Shown piece after piece: positions 48,352-58,199 of a stretch of 64,000 bases of DNA (positions within the stretch are counted from its first letter, which is position 1; each line of letters starts with the position of its first letter). Source of the DNA: Clostridia bacterium (GTDB lineage Bacteria; Bacillota; Clostridia; Christensenellales; QALW01); contig CAAGID010000018.1 of NCBI GenBank assembly GCA_900769815.1, forward strand, positions 23,080 to 87,079, read 5' to 3'. The notes below the pieces were generated by a model. The model was not told the origin of the DNA. It searched no databases and was given only the letters and a program-made list of their open reading frames with translations. Made by a program: the position numbers and the translations under genes.

Positions 48352-48822
48352 CTATTTCTTTAAATATTTATTATCAAAATAAAATAATATGCTTGAGGTA
48401 AAAAAACACAACTCTACAGCAAAAGTAAAAGTATAGATATTTATACCGTTTAAAAGAAACGTTATAATATCATTTTTCCACAAATTATTAGTTAAAATAA
48501 ATAAAAATCTGTTTCCGCACATTATAATAATTATACCCAATACTTCAAGAATAATCCAGGATAATAGTTTAATTTTTCTATTGAAAATTTTCATTATAAC
48601 GATATAAAACAAACCAATCGTAAAAAATATAAGTGTTGAAAAAACATATTCGTTATAATTCTTTAACATATCTAAAAAATGAATAAAGTTGTTGGAAAAA
48701 TTAAAAATACCTGTTCTTAAAAACCTTACTGTTGATAAATTTAAAAATATAATGAATGGGGAAGTAAGGAATAAAATAGGAAAAAGGTATATCGTATTTT
48801 TGTGATTTTTCTTTTTTGCCAT
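48352..48822 (-). CDS. hypothetical polytopic membrane protein (156 aa)
   Basis: It is a hydrophobic AT-rich ORF with 4-5 predicted TM. I recognise no family. Confidence 0.45.
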   Translation of the reverse strand: MAKKKNHKNTIYLFPILFLTSPFIIFLNLSTVRFLRTGIFNFSNNFIHFLDMLKNYNEYVFSTLIFFTIGLFYIVIMKIFNRKIKLLSWIILEVLGIIIIMCGNRFLFILTNNLWKNDIITFLLNGINIYTFTFAVELCFFTSSILFYFDNKYLKK

Positions 48823-48855
48823 TTTAAAAAAAGGAAAGGCGAAAAACCTTTCCTA

Positions 48856-50805
48856 TTATCCTTCTAAATTATTTTTGTTCTCTTCGGTAGTACCTTCTGA
48901 GTTTTTATTAGCCAATTCTGCCTTGAAATCAGCCAAAGTTTTTCCGTTGAAAATTTCTTCAAACTGTTCGCCTGTTATTTTTTCCATATCAAGGAGAACT
49001 TCTGCAAGATTATCTAAAACTTCTTTTTTCTCAGTAAGAATATCCAATGCTCTTTTATCTGCCGTTGTGATAATATCGCGTATTGCAGCATCAACCTTTG
49101 CACAAAGTTCTTCTGAATAACCTTTTTGTGTTGCAAAATCTCTGCCAATGAAAATTTCGTCTCCGCCGTTGTTGCCTAAATACATAGGACCGATCTCGTC
49201 ATACATACCATACTGTGTAACATAACCTTTTGCAAGTTCGGTTATATGCTTGATATCGGCTGAAGCACCGGTAGTTATTTCATTAAAAATAAGTTTTTCG
49301 GCTGCGCGGCCGCCCAACCCCATTGCAATACTATCAAGAATATATGCACGTGAATAGGTGTTGTGCTCTTGGTCAGGACGCATTAAAGTGTATCCACCTG
49401 CACCGCCACGAGGAATAATTGAGACTTCTGTTACGGGGTCACAATTATTGGCAACTTTAGCAACGATGGCGTGTCCTGCTTCGTGATATGCAGTAAGTCT
49501 TCTGTCTTTTTCAGTTGTTTTGTGAGATTTCTTTTCAGGACCCATAATAACACGCGTGATAGAATCCTTTAAATCCTGCATAGTAATTTTTTCATGATTT
49601 CTTCTTACTGCAAGGAGTGCGGCTTCATTACATAAGTTCTGAATATCAGCACCTACAAAACCTGTAGTAAGCAGAGCAACCTCGTGGGCAGAAACGTCAT
49701 CAGCGAACTGTTTATTTCTTGCGTGAATTTTAAAGATTTCCTCTCTGCCTTTAGTATCAGGAGGAAGAACGTGAATCTGTCTATCAAAACGTCCAGAACG
49801 GAGAAGTGCGGGGTCAAGGATATCTGCACGGTTTGTTGCCGCGATAATTATTATACCTTCGTTGCCTACAAAACCGTCCATTTCAACAAGTAACTGGTTA
49901 AGCGTTTGTTCACGTTCATCGTGACCGCCGCCTATACCTGAACCACGTCTGCGTCCTACGGCATCAATTTCATCAATAAATATAATGCAAGGATGATTTT
50001 TCTTTGCTTGATTAAATAAGTCACGAACACGGGCAGCACCGATACCAACGTATAATTCAACAAAATCTGAACCTGTAATTGAGAAGAAGGGAACACCCGC
50101 TTCTCCGGCAACAGATTTAGCCAACAAGGTTTTACCTGTTCCGGGAGGACCTACAAGAAGAACACCTTTGGGAATTCTTGCCCCCATCTTTGTGAATTTT
50201 TCAGGAGCTTTTAAGAAATCAACAATTTCTTTAAGCTCTTCTTTTTCTTCATCAGCACCTGCTACTTCGTTAAAAGTAATTTTCTTCTTGCTGTCGTCGT
50301 AAAGCTTAGCGGTAGATTTTCCAAATTGCATTGCTTTGCCGTTGCCTGATGATTGTGCAATGAAGAAATAAATAGTTATACCTATAATTATGAATAAGAA
50401 AATATAGGGGAGATATTCAAGATACCAAGGTGGACTGACAATTATATCATTATAAGTAAAGGTATCATATTTGCTTGCGACAGACTCTAATTCTTTTCCG
50501 AATTCCTCAGTATACGTGATGGAAGCCTTATATTCGTATTTTTTTTGAAGTTCTGAATTTATCTTATCAATGTCTTTTGTTAAATCGACTTTATTTACGT
50601 TATCGTAGGTTATACAATATACCGTCTTCTGATTTACAACAAGAACTCTTTGGAACTCATTGTTCTTCAATTTTTTCATAAATTCAGACGAACTTATTTC
50701 ATTCTGAGTAAGTGATTTGTTTTGTATGCCCCCAAATGCAAAAAATATAACTACAGCTATAAGTGCAAGATAAATGAGAACAAATATTGGTTTTTTCTTT
50801 TTCAT
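48856..50805 (-). CDS. ftsH: ATP-dependent zinc metalloprotease FtsH
   Basis: It has two N-terminal TM segments, AAA+ Walker A GPPGTGKT, Walker B IIFIDEID, and the zinc site HEAGHA. Confidence 0.97.
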   Translation of the reverse strand: MKKKKPIFVLIYLALIAVVIFFAFGGIQNKSLTQNEISSSEFMKKLKNNEFQRVLVVNQKTVYCITYDNVNKVDLTKDIDKINSELQKKYEYKASITYTEEFGKELESVASKYDTFTYNDIIVSPPWYLEYLPYIFLFIIIGITIYFFIAQSSGNGKAMQFGKSTAKLYDDSKKKITFNEVAGADEEKEELKEIVDFLKAPEKFTKMGARIPKGVLLVGPPGTGKTLLAKSVAGEAGVPFFSITGSDFVELYVGIGAARVRDLFNQAKKNHPCIIFIDEIDAVGRRRGSGIGGGHDEREQTLNQLLVEMDGFVGNEGIIIIAATNRADILDPALLRSGRFDRQIHVLPPDTKGREEIFKIHARNKQFADDVSAHEVALLTTGFVGADIQNLCNEAALLAVRRNHEKITMQDLKDSITRVIMGPEKKSHKTTEKDRRLTAYHEAGHAIVAKVANNCDPVTEVSIIPRGGAGGYTLMRPDQEHNTYSRAYILDSIAMGLGGRAAEKLIFNEITTGASADIKHITELAKGYVTQYGMYDEIGPMYLGNNGGDEIFIGRDFATQKGYSEELCAKVDAAIRDIITTADKRALDILTEKKEVLDNLAEVLLDMEKITGEQFEEIFNGKTLADFKAELANKNSEGTTEENKNNLEG

Positions 50806-50837
50806 TTAGCATTCCTTTCAAGCATTTTGTTTTTGTT

Positions 50838-50866
50838 ATTATATCACTAATTCCAAATTATTACAA
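50838..50866 (-). promoter_or_regulatory. sigmaA-type promoter upstream of ftsH
   Basis: On the minus strand, TTGTAA is followed after 17 nt by TATAAT. Confidence 0.5.
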
Positions 50867-50933
50867 TGAAATATCTGTGAAACATAATGTTATCTTGTTG
50901 AAAATAAAACTTTTTAATATTATGCCCAAAACA

Positions 50934-52259
50934 TTAAGTTTCGTACGTTATTTTAATGATTTTTTTTGTTGCTGGTTTTATTTTTACTTTTTCTGAAACT
51001 GTGTAACCGATAATTGCATATATTTCGTTATCCTTTGCAATAAGAGGAGTATTGTTTCTTATATGAGACGGAACTTTTTTATCAATAAAATATTTTTTTA
51101 ACGTACATTTTCCGCCGGAGCCTAATGGGTAAATATAATCGTGCTCTTTGCGTGTGCGTAAAACAACACCTTGAGGGAGTTCATCATAATCGAGAAATTC
51201 ACAATTTTTTTCTTTTATATATGACGTAACGAAATTGCTTGTTATATTTCCGTTATTCCATTTGTAAGTTTTGTTTTCTTTAAAAACATATTCAACAATA
51301 AAATCTGTTTTTGACTTTAAAAAATGTATCTCATTATATATTTTTTTTGCTTTAATGTTATACGGAAGATGAATTTCTTTTCCCGATTCTTTTTTTATAA
51401 GTGAAAAAACGTCTTCAAGGTGTTTTCTCTCAATATCAATAATATTTCCATTTAACAATTCGATACATTTTTTTATTAATTCAATCTGCAAAATATGAGG
51501 CAGATTATTTATTTTAAAAATAACTTTATCATTAAGTTGGGTAATATATTGTTTTTCAAATTCACTAATTGAGAACTTAATAAAATCATTGTAATCATTG
51601 AGAATTTCTGCACATTTTGTTATTGAAGAGACAGAATCAATATTAAGAACATTATCAATATGCGGAATAATATCAAGACGAAATTTATTTCTTGTATATT
51701 CGCAAGATAAATTAGTTGAATCTGTTATAAAATTAATGCCATTTTCTCTATTAAAACTTTCGATTTCTACTCTTGAAATATTAAGAATAGGGCGAATTAT
51801 ATTATTGTTCTTGAATTGCATACCGCATAAGCCGTTTAATCCGCTGCCTCGTAAGAGATGCATCAGAATAGTTTCAGCCTGGTCGTTTCTATTATGGGCA
51901 ACTGCAATTTTTGCATTAAATTTCAAAGCATAATTGTTTAAAATTTTATATCTTTCTTGCCTTGCTGCAGTTTCTAATGAAAGATTATTCTGTTTCGCAA
52001 TTTTAGGAACGTCAACTTTTTCTTCAAAAAAGGTTATGTTATATTTCAAACAGAAATCTCTTGCAAAAATAGAGTCTCTTTGGGCTTCTTCACCGCGAAT
52101 ACCATGGTTAACGTGAACCGCATAGACGTTAAAATTTAACTTGTGTAACGCATAAAGCAAGCAAGCAGAATCTGCACCGCCCGAAAAACCGACAATAACG
52201 TTTTCGCCGATTGACAAGAGAGAATATTTTGAAATATTTTCATTAATTCTTTCTAACAT
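50934..52259 (-). CDS. tilS: tRNA(Ile)-lysidine synthase
   Basis: It has the PP-loop SGGADS and sits upstream of ftsH. Confidence 0.9.
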   Translation of the reverse strand: MLERINENISKYSLLSIGENVIVGFSGGADSACLLYALHKLNFNVYAVHVNHGIRGEEAQRDSIFARDFCLKYNITFFEEKVDVPKIAKQNNLSLETAARQERYKILNNYALKFNAKIAVAHNRNDQAETILMHLLRGSGLNGLCGMQFKNNNIIRPILNISRVEIESFNRENGINFITDSTNLSCEYTRNKFRLDIIPHIDNVLNIDSVSSITKCAEILNDYNDFIKFSISEFEKQYITQLNDKVIFKINNLPHILQIELIKKCIELLNGNIIDIERKHLEDVFSLIKKESGKEIHLPYNIKAKKIYNEIHFLKSKTDFIVEYVFKENKTYKWNNGNITSNFVTSYIKEKNCEFLDYDELPQGVVLRTRKEHDYIYPLGSGGKCTLKKYFIDKKVPSHIRNNTPLIAKDNEIYAIIGYTVSEKVKIKPATKKIIKITYET

Positions 52260-52260
52260 A

Positions 52261-53160
52261 TTATAGCCTCTGACGAAGGTCTTTTCCGGGAATGGAAAAA
52301 ACGTATGTTGAGTTTAAATCAAAAAGCCTTGATGAAATTCTTTCGTTATAGTGTGCCTTTAGTTCATCGGCAGTTAAATTCGTTGAAACGCAGATAGACT
52401 TGTTGTTTTGCGAACGTTCATTGATGAGTAAAAATAAATATTCTACGGTAATGTTATTAAACATTGGTTCAGAGCCCAAATCATCAATGATAAGCATTTC
52501 TGCATCCAATAAAACGTCAATATTGTTTGTTTGATTTAATGCATATTTGCGTAAAATATCAAATAACTTTCCTGCAGTAATGAAAACAACGCTTATACCG
52601 CGTTTTTTTAATTCGGCGTATACACAGGAAAGTAAAAAAGTTTTTCCCGTTCCTGTGCTTCCGCACAATACAGTATTAGGCTTTTTCACACAAGGAAAGC
52701 GTTCAGAATAAATTTTTAGATAATCTCTAATTTCTAAAATTTTCTTTTTTATAGAATTATCAAAAATATTTTCATCAAAGTTTTCAAATGACTTTGAATT
52801 TGAAACACACTCGTTTTTTAATGATTCATCAATAAGCATTTTTGTAAAACATTCGCAACGTTGATTACCAATATAACCCGTATCATTACATTTTGTACAG
52901 TGATATTTTTTTTCAGGAATGATTATATTGTTTTTGGTAATATAGTTATTGATTTCTTTATTGATCTTGTCAGTTGCTTTTTCCTTTTCTTCTTTAGAAA
53001 GCGTGAAATCACTTACAATTAGCCGCTTTTTGTTTTCTAAATCAAAAAGGGATGGGTGAGAAACGTATAAATCTTTTTTAGCATTTTTATAATCAAAAGC
53101 CGATGTTAAACGAAATTGATTTAATTTTTTTTCAATTTTATTGATAAGATACGTATCCAT
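52261..53160 (-). CDS. DnaC/DnaI-like helicase-loader ATPase
   Basis: It has a Cys-rich zinc motif (CTKCNDTGY...CEC), Walker A GSTGTGKTFL and Walker B LIIDDLG. Confidence 0.8.
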   Translation of the reverse strand: MDTYLINKIEKKLNQFRLTSAFDYKNAKKDLYVSHPSLFDLENKKRLIVSDFTLSKEEKEKATDKINKEINNYITKNNIIIPEKKYHCTKCNDTGYIGNQRCECFTKMLIDESLKNECVSNSKSFENFDENIFDNSIKKKILEIRDYLKIYSERFPCVKKPNTVLCGSTGTGKTFLLSCVYAELKKRGISVVFITAGKLFDILRKYALNQTNNIDVLLDAEMLIIDDLGSEPMFNNITVEYLFLLINERSQNNKSICVSTNLTADELKAHYNERISSRLFDLNSTYVFSIPGKDLRQRL

Positions 53161-53161
53161 A

Positions 53162-54361
53162 TTAAACCTCTAAATTTGAAGTGTCGGCATATAATGAATT
53201 ACCATATGAATCATCTCTGCCTTTAAATTTGTCTTTTGACTGCTTCTGCGGGCGGGTTTCCTTAGTTTTTATTGAGTTGTAAATTTCTTCTTGACTAAAG
53301 ATTTTCTTTTCGTTTAATTCATTAAGTTTGTTAACGTATTTAGTGAAGGTATGATAGCCGTTTTCACACAGCGCTTTTGCTATAAAAATAAGTGTTTCGG
53401 GCTTAAAACCAAATGATTTAAACTCTTTTAAGCACTCAACGTGAACGTTAGTTATCGTGCGTGATTTTTCGCCAAGTTCAGAAAGGATTGCAGAAATAAT
53501 ACGCCTATCAGCATCAGATTCAGAAAGATATGCTTTTATTTGCTTTTCTGAATGTAGGTTAAGAGCGTGCAAACTTTCAAGAATTCTGTTAATATATGCA
53601 AGGCTTGGGTTAAGAGATTTTGTCGTTTCCTGACAAGCGGCTTTAATTCCTTTTAATTCAAAGCCAAAATCATTTGTCCAATGACGATATAATGCAATTT
53701 CATCAACGGTAGGTACTCGCTTAATACCAAGATGTAAAAGAAGTTTTGATACCTCGTGTTTTTTAGCTTCTTCAATAGAAAGGAATTCTTCTGCCTTTTC
53801 AACAGTAATTATGTTATCGTTTGACCAGCTTTGTGCAACTTTATCAATATAAGTAAATGAAATAGAATTGTCTTTTAAATTTATGCAGTGAGAAATAAGT
53901 AACAAAGAGGCTTCTACGGATAAACCGTAAATTTCAACCCAATCACGGGCTTTATCATATTCACTATTTGTAATGCTTCTTCCGGGGAATAATGCACGAA
54001 TTCCAGCAAAATAATCTGAATATGCGGTTAATGAATCAGCAGTATATATGCCTGAATTTTTAGATGCTATCTGTACGCTGAGAATTTCAAATGAAAAAGG
54101 GCGGGAGGTGTGATTTATCAAATGCTTTTTACTTAAATATTCCAAGGAAACATTTAATTCCAAAACTGTGCAGTTTATGTTTTTTGCAATTTCCATAAGA
54201 GAAGTTGCTTTTATTTCAGGATGATTGCAAAGGTACAAGAGATATAAATACACTTTAACTGTAAGCGGCGGCATTTCATTTAAAAATGAAGCTACAAACG
54301 TTCCTTCTAACGGAATAATATCTGATAACGGATTGTTTGCCGAATATTTACCTGCTGACAT
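53162..54361 (-). CDS. DnaD/DnaB(B. subtilis)-type replication initiation protein
   Basis: It is a 399 aa helical protein immediately upstream of, and coupled to, the DnaI-like ATPase. It has a wHTH-like N-terminus and DnaD-like repeats. The call is mostly by context. Confidence 0.6.
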   Translation of the reverse strand: MSAGKYSANNPLSDIIPLEGTFVASFLNEMPPLTVKVYLYLLYLCNHPEIKATSLMEIAKNINCTVLELNVSLEYLSKKHLINHTSRPFSFEILSVQIASKNSGIYTADSLTAYSDYFAGIRALFPGRSITNSEYDKARDWVEIYGLSVEASLLLISHCINLKDNSISFTYIDKVAQSWSNDNIITVEKAEEFLSIEEAKKHEVSKLLLHLGIKRVPTVDEIALYRHWTNDFGFELKGIKAACQETTKSLNPSLAYINRILESLHALNLHSEKQIKAYLSESDADRRIISAILSELGEKSRTITNVHVECLKEFKSFGFKPETLIFIAKALCENGYHTFTKYVNKLNELNEKKIFSQEEIYNSIKTKETRPQKQSKDKFKGRDDSYGNSLYADTSNLEV

Positions 54362-54460
54362 ATTATCTCTCCTAAAACATTTTTTTGCATATTCCCTTGT
54401 ATTATATCATAAAAATTCAGATAGATAAAGTACATTTTTATAAAAAGGAGTCGATTTATT

Positions 54461-55948
54461 TTGGGAAAATTAAAAAAAAGACTTACTGCGCTGTTTATAG
54501 TACTTATTTTGCTATCTGTTACTGTTGTTTGTCTTGTTTCTAAAGAAAGACAAAACGCTAAAAATACTACATATAATATTAATGCAACTGTATCTGGTAA
54601 TAAGCTTAACGGAGAATTAAATCTACACTATATAAATGATAAAAATTTCGAAATAAAAGAATTATATTTCTGTTTATATCCTAATGCTTTTAAGGAAGAG
54701 AAAAATCTTACAAACACAACAATTTCTGATAAAATTCACGAAGCATATCCGTCAGGATTTGACAGCGGTTATATAAATGTTAACCACGTTTTTATTGATA
54801 ACGAAAAAGTTGATTTTTTCTTGGAAAGTGATGATCAGATTCTAAAAATAAACACACCTGTTTTAAAAAATGGCGAAGATATAAATATAAAAATAGCATT
54901 CGATGAAAAGTTACCAAACAGTCCTTCACGGTTTGGCCATAGTGATAACACGTATAATTTTGGTAATTGGTATCCTATATTATGTCCATACGTCAATGAA
55001 ATACCATATAAATGTCTGTATACTGCAAACGGCGACCCCTTTTTTTCTGAATGTGCTGATTATAATGTAACCATAAAAGCTTCTCCTGAATACAGAATAG
55101 CCACAAGTGGTAAAATATTAAAACAAGAAAATATTGATCCATTAACCGTCAAATGGACAATTCAAGGAAAAAATTTACGAGATTTTGCGTTTGTGATCTC
55201 TGAAAAATTTAATTTGCAATCTGAAAAAATTGATGAAACACTGGTTTATTCGTACTATTTAAATGATGATGAATTAGGGCAATATTCTTTAAATGTTGCT
55301 AAAAATGCGTTAAAGGTTTTTAATGAGATTTTCGGAAAATATCCCTATGATACTTTGTCCGTTGCCGAAACTGATTTTTATATAGGCGGAATGGAATATC
55401 CAAATGTTGTGTTTATTAACACCGCTTTGTATAATGAGTCTGCAAAAGATGCTCTTGAAGAAGTAATTGTCCACGAAATTGCTCATCAATGGTGGTATAG
55501 CGTTATTGGGAACAATGAAATAGAAGAGGCGTGGCTTGATGAAGGTCTGACACAATATTCCGTTGCATTGTATTATGAATATACATATGGAAAAGAAAGA
55601 TATTTAAGTTTTTTAAACGAAAGCGAAATATACTGTAAGATAGTTTTTGAAGTTTTAAATGAAGCAGATATGAAATTTGATAAAAAAATAGATCGCAAAA
55701 GCTGTGAGTTTGAGCATTGGATTCTTTATGATGCACTTACGTATGATGTTTCTGCTTTAATGTTAGATGAATTAAGAAATACTATTGGGGATCAAAATTT
55801 TTTTAATGGGCTAAAAAAATATTATGATGAAAATAAATTTAAGATTGCCGATAAAAATGCACTTATAAAAGCTTTTAAAAATGCAACAGAAAAAAATATT
55901 GAAGGTATCATAACTCCGTGGCTTGAAGGAAAAATATATTGGAGTTGA
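54461..55948 (+). CDS. M1 family metallopeptidase (aminopeptidase N-like), membrane-anchored or secreted
   Basis: It uses a TTG start and has an N-terminal TM or signal. The gluzincin motif is HEIAHQWW followed 18 residues later by WLDEG. Confidence 0.85.
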   Translation: MGKLKKRLTALFIVLILLSVTVVCLVSKERQNAKNTTYNINATVSGNKLNGELNLHYINDKNFEIKELYFCLYPNAFKEEKNLTNTTISDKIHEAYPSGFDSGYINVNHVFIDNEKVDFFLESDDQILKINTPVLKNGEDINIKIAFDEKLPNSPSRFGHSDNTYNFGNWYPILCPYVNEIPYKCLYTANGDPFFSECADYNVTIKASPEYRIATSGKILKQENIDPLTVKWTIQGKNLRDFAFVISEKFNLQSEKIDETLVYSYYLNDDELGQYSLNVAKNALKVFNEIFGKYPYDTLSVAETDFYIGGMEYPNVVFINTALYNESAKDALEEVIVHEIAHQWWYSVIGNNEIEEAWLDEGLTQYSVALYYEYTYGKERYLSFLNESEIYCKIVFEVLNEADMKFDKKIDRKSCEFEHWILYDALTYDVSALMLDELRNTIGDQNFFNGLKKYYDENKFKIADKNALIKAFKNATEKNIEGIITPWLEGKIYWS

Positions 55949-55952
55949 TTTT

Positions 55953-55982
55953 GAGCACTTGTTTATTTCAAGTGCTTTTTTG
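55953..55982 (+). terminator. rho-independent terminator
   Basis: The stem agcactt pairs with aagtgct and is followed by a T-run. Confidence 0.7.
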
Positions 55983-55984
55983 TT

Positions 55985-56012
55985 ACGTAATTTTGTTAAT
56001 TTTCATATTATA
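55985..56012 (+). promoter_or_regulatory. possible sigmaK-type (late mother-cell) promoter
   Basis: AC at 55985-55986 is followed after 17 nt by CATATTATA at 56004-56012. This fits the recalled consensus AC-16/17-CATANNNTA. Confidence 0.35.
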
Positions 56013-56051
56013 CTATTGGAAATATTTTTCCAATAAATTTAGGAGGATAAT

Positions 56052-57038
56052 ATGAAAAGATATCAGAATAAATGCGACCTTACAAATAGGTCTTTAGACT
56101 TAGGTTGCAATAATCAATGTGGCTGTGGTTGCGGATGCGTACCTCCTGTGCATGATGATTGCCCTGAAGTTACTGTTAATGTTGGCAGAACTATAACAGG
56201 TGCACCGGGTAGCAATGCTTTTGTTTCAAATAGCGGAACTGAGCAGAATGTAATCCTTGATTTTATTATTCCCCAAGGTTCAACCGGCCCTCAGGGTCCA
56301 CAAGGACCTCAGGGCGTACCGGGCTTAACCGGTGCTACAGGTGCACAAGGTGAAACCGGCCCAACGGGACCTCAAGGGTTACAAGGTATTCCCGGAGTTC
56401 AAGGTGTGACCGGTCCAACCGGACCCCAAGGATTACAAGGTATCCAAGGTCCCACAGGCCCAACAGGACCAACAGGACCTACAGGACCTCAAGGAATTCA
56501 GGGTGAAGTAGGAGTAACCGGACCTACAGGACCTCAAGGAATTCAGGGCGAAGTAGGACCACAGGGGATTCAAGGTGAAATAGGTCCTACAGGTCCACAA
56601 GGTGAAGACGGAAGCATTGATGCTTATGGCGGATTATATTCGTTGGGTGCTGGCGAACTTACGTTGACACCCGATGAAATAACAACAATTCCTTTGACAA
56701 CGCCAATGCCTCTATTAAATGTAACAAGCGGCACAGATTCAATTACAGTAACAACTGCTGGAGTATATGAAATCAACTATATGCTTTCGGGAACTGCTGC
56801 AGTTGGTAATACCGGAGATATTACTTTCTCTGTATTAAATAATGGCACACCAATTTCAAGCACTTCATTAACACAAAGAGTAACGACAAATGATAGTGTT
56901 GAAATGACTGGAAGCGTAATTGTTGAACTTGCTGCAGGAGACGTGCTTTCATTAGGACTTGAAGCCGAATTAACAGCAACATTTAATCTCAATGAAAATA
57001 CAAATGCAACTTTGTCGGTAAAAAAATTAAGTGACTAA
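56052..57038 (+). CDS. collagen-like triple-helix repeat protein with a BclA-like C-terminal globular domain
   Basis: It has 37 uninterrupted G-X-Y triplets, a Cys/Gly-rich N-terminus ([14 protein letters not shown]) and a beta-rich C-terminal domain of about 140 aa. Confidence 0.85.
   Translation: MKRYQNKCDLTNRSLDLGCNNQCGCGCGCVPPVHDDCPEVTVNVGRTITGAPGSNAFVSNSGTEQNVILDFIIPQGSTGPQGPQGPQGVPGLTGATGAQGETGPTGPQGLQGIPGVQGVTGPTGPQGLQGIQGPTGPTGPTGPTGPQGIQGEVGVTGPTGPQGIQGEVGPQGIQGEIGPTGPQGEDGSIDAYGGLYSLGAGELTLTPDEITTIPLTTPMPLLNVTSGTDSITVTTAGVYEINYMLSGTAAVGNTGDITFSVLNNGTPISSTSLTQRVTTNDSVEMTGSVIVELAAGDVLSLGLEAELTATFNLNENTNATLSVKKLSD
56277..56609 (+). repeat. collagen G-X-Y coding repeat, including a 45-bp tandem duplication at 56475-56564
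   Basis: The region consists of GPQ/GPT/GIQ triplets. The string ggacctacaggacctcaaggaattcaggg(t/c)gaagtagga occurs twice, 45 bp apart. Confidence 0.9.
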
Positions 57039-57084
57039 ATAATCTCCGCATTATGCGGAGATTTACATATGTAGGGGTGAGCTT

Positions 57085-58146
57085 TTGAAGGTTTGCGTGT
57101 ATGCAATTGCTAAAAATGAAGAAAAATTCGCAAAGCGTTGGGCAGAAAGTATGAAAGAAGCAGATGAAATTTATGTTTTAGATACAGGATCAAGCGATAA
57201 TACCGTTAAAATTTTAGAAGAAAATGGGGTAAAGGTGTTTTCTAAAAAAATAATTCCTTGGCGTTTTGATACGGCAAGAAATGAATCTTTGGCTCTTGCT
57301 CCGGAAGATGCGGATATATGTGTTTGTACAGATCTTGATGAAGTTTTTGACATTGGCTGGCGTAAGAATATGGAAAATGCGTGGACAAAAAATACAACTC
57401 GGCTAAAATACCGATACGTATGGAATTTTAATGAAGACGGAAGCGAAGGTACGGTGTTTTATATTGAGAAGGCACATTCAAGAAAGGGTTATAAATGGAT
57501 TTATCCCGTTCACGAGATTTTAAAGTGCGATAATGAGAAGATTACTCTTGCAAAAGACGTGCAGTTAAACCATTTTGCAGATATAAATAAGCCAAGAACG
57601 CAATATCTGCCCTTGCTTGAACTTGCAGTAAAGGAAGACTCCGAAAACGACAGAAATATGCATTATCTGGCACGAGAATATATGTTTCACAGGAAGTATT
57701 TAAAAGCAATTCAAACATTTGAAAAGCATCTTAATTTAAAAAATGCAAAGTGGAAGGACGAAAGATGTGCTTCAATGCGATATATGGCTAAATGCTATCA
57801 AGCATTAAAAGATTATACATCGGCATATAAATATTATTTATTGGCAATAGGGGAAGCGCCTTATTTGCGTGAGCCTTGGCTTGATACGGCATTTTTTGAA
57901 TATTATCGGGAAAATTATATTGGATGCATTTATTTTACTGAGTATGCACTTAATATTAAACAACGCACTGACACTTATATAACCGAATCAACTTCATGGG
58001 ATTCAACGCCATACGATATTTTGTCAATTGCATACTATAAAATCGGTAAAATTGATAAAGCTATAGAATACGTAAAAGAAGCAATAAAATTATCGGATGA
58101 TACGAGGCTGGAAGAAAATCTTAAATTATATAAAAATCTATTGTAA
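57085..58146 (+). CDS. GT-A fold glycosyltransferase fused to TPR-like repeats
   Basis: It uses a TTG start after an aggggtga RBS. The N-terminus reads VYAIAKNEE...VLDTGSSDNT...CTDLDE. The C-terminal helical repeats include KAIQTFEKHL, SAYKYYLLAI and KAIEYVKEAI. Confidence 0.6.
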   Translation: MKVCVYAIAKNEEKFAKRWAESMKEADEIYVLDTGSSDNTVKILEENGVKVFSKKIIPWRFDTARNESLALAPEDADICVCTDLDEVFDIGWRKNMENAWTKNTTRLKYRYVWNFNEDGSEGTVFYIEKAHSRKGYKWIYPVHEILKCDNEKITLAKDVQLNHFADINKPRTQYLPLLELAVKEDSENDRNMHYLAREYMFHRKYLKAIQTFEKHLNLKNAKWKDERCASMRYMAKCYQALKDYTSAYKYYLLAIGEAPYLREPWLDTAFFEYYRENYIGCIYFTEYALNIKQRTDTYITESTSWDSTPYDILSIAYYKIGKIDKAIEYVKEAIKLSDDTRLEENLKLYKNLL

Positions 58147-58199
58147 CATTTTAATGTTTTTGGTATAATAATATCAACAAACTGAAAGAGGAAATCTTT

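Noticed and set aside
39773-48900. The accessory stretch considered as a discrete mobile element or prophage.
   Set aside because: The window shows no integrase, transposase, recombinase, phage structural genes, flanking tRNA or direct repeats. Composition resembles the core genome. Only a synteny break can be claimed.
50806-50933. Absence of hpt between tilS and ftsH, a common Firmicutes arrangement; considered as a deletion scar.
   Set aside because: The spacer contains only a plausible ftsH promoter and no gene remnant. Gene-order variation here is common and not informative on its own.
56277-56609. A periodic repeat array that could superficially resemble a CRISPR or minisatellite locus.
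   Set aside because: The period is 9 nt and in frame (G-X-Y codons) within a long ORF with an RBS. It has no spacer/repeat architecture, so it is coding collagen-like repeat.
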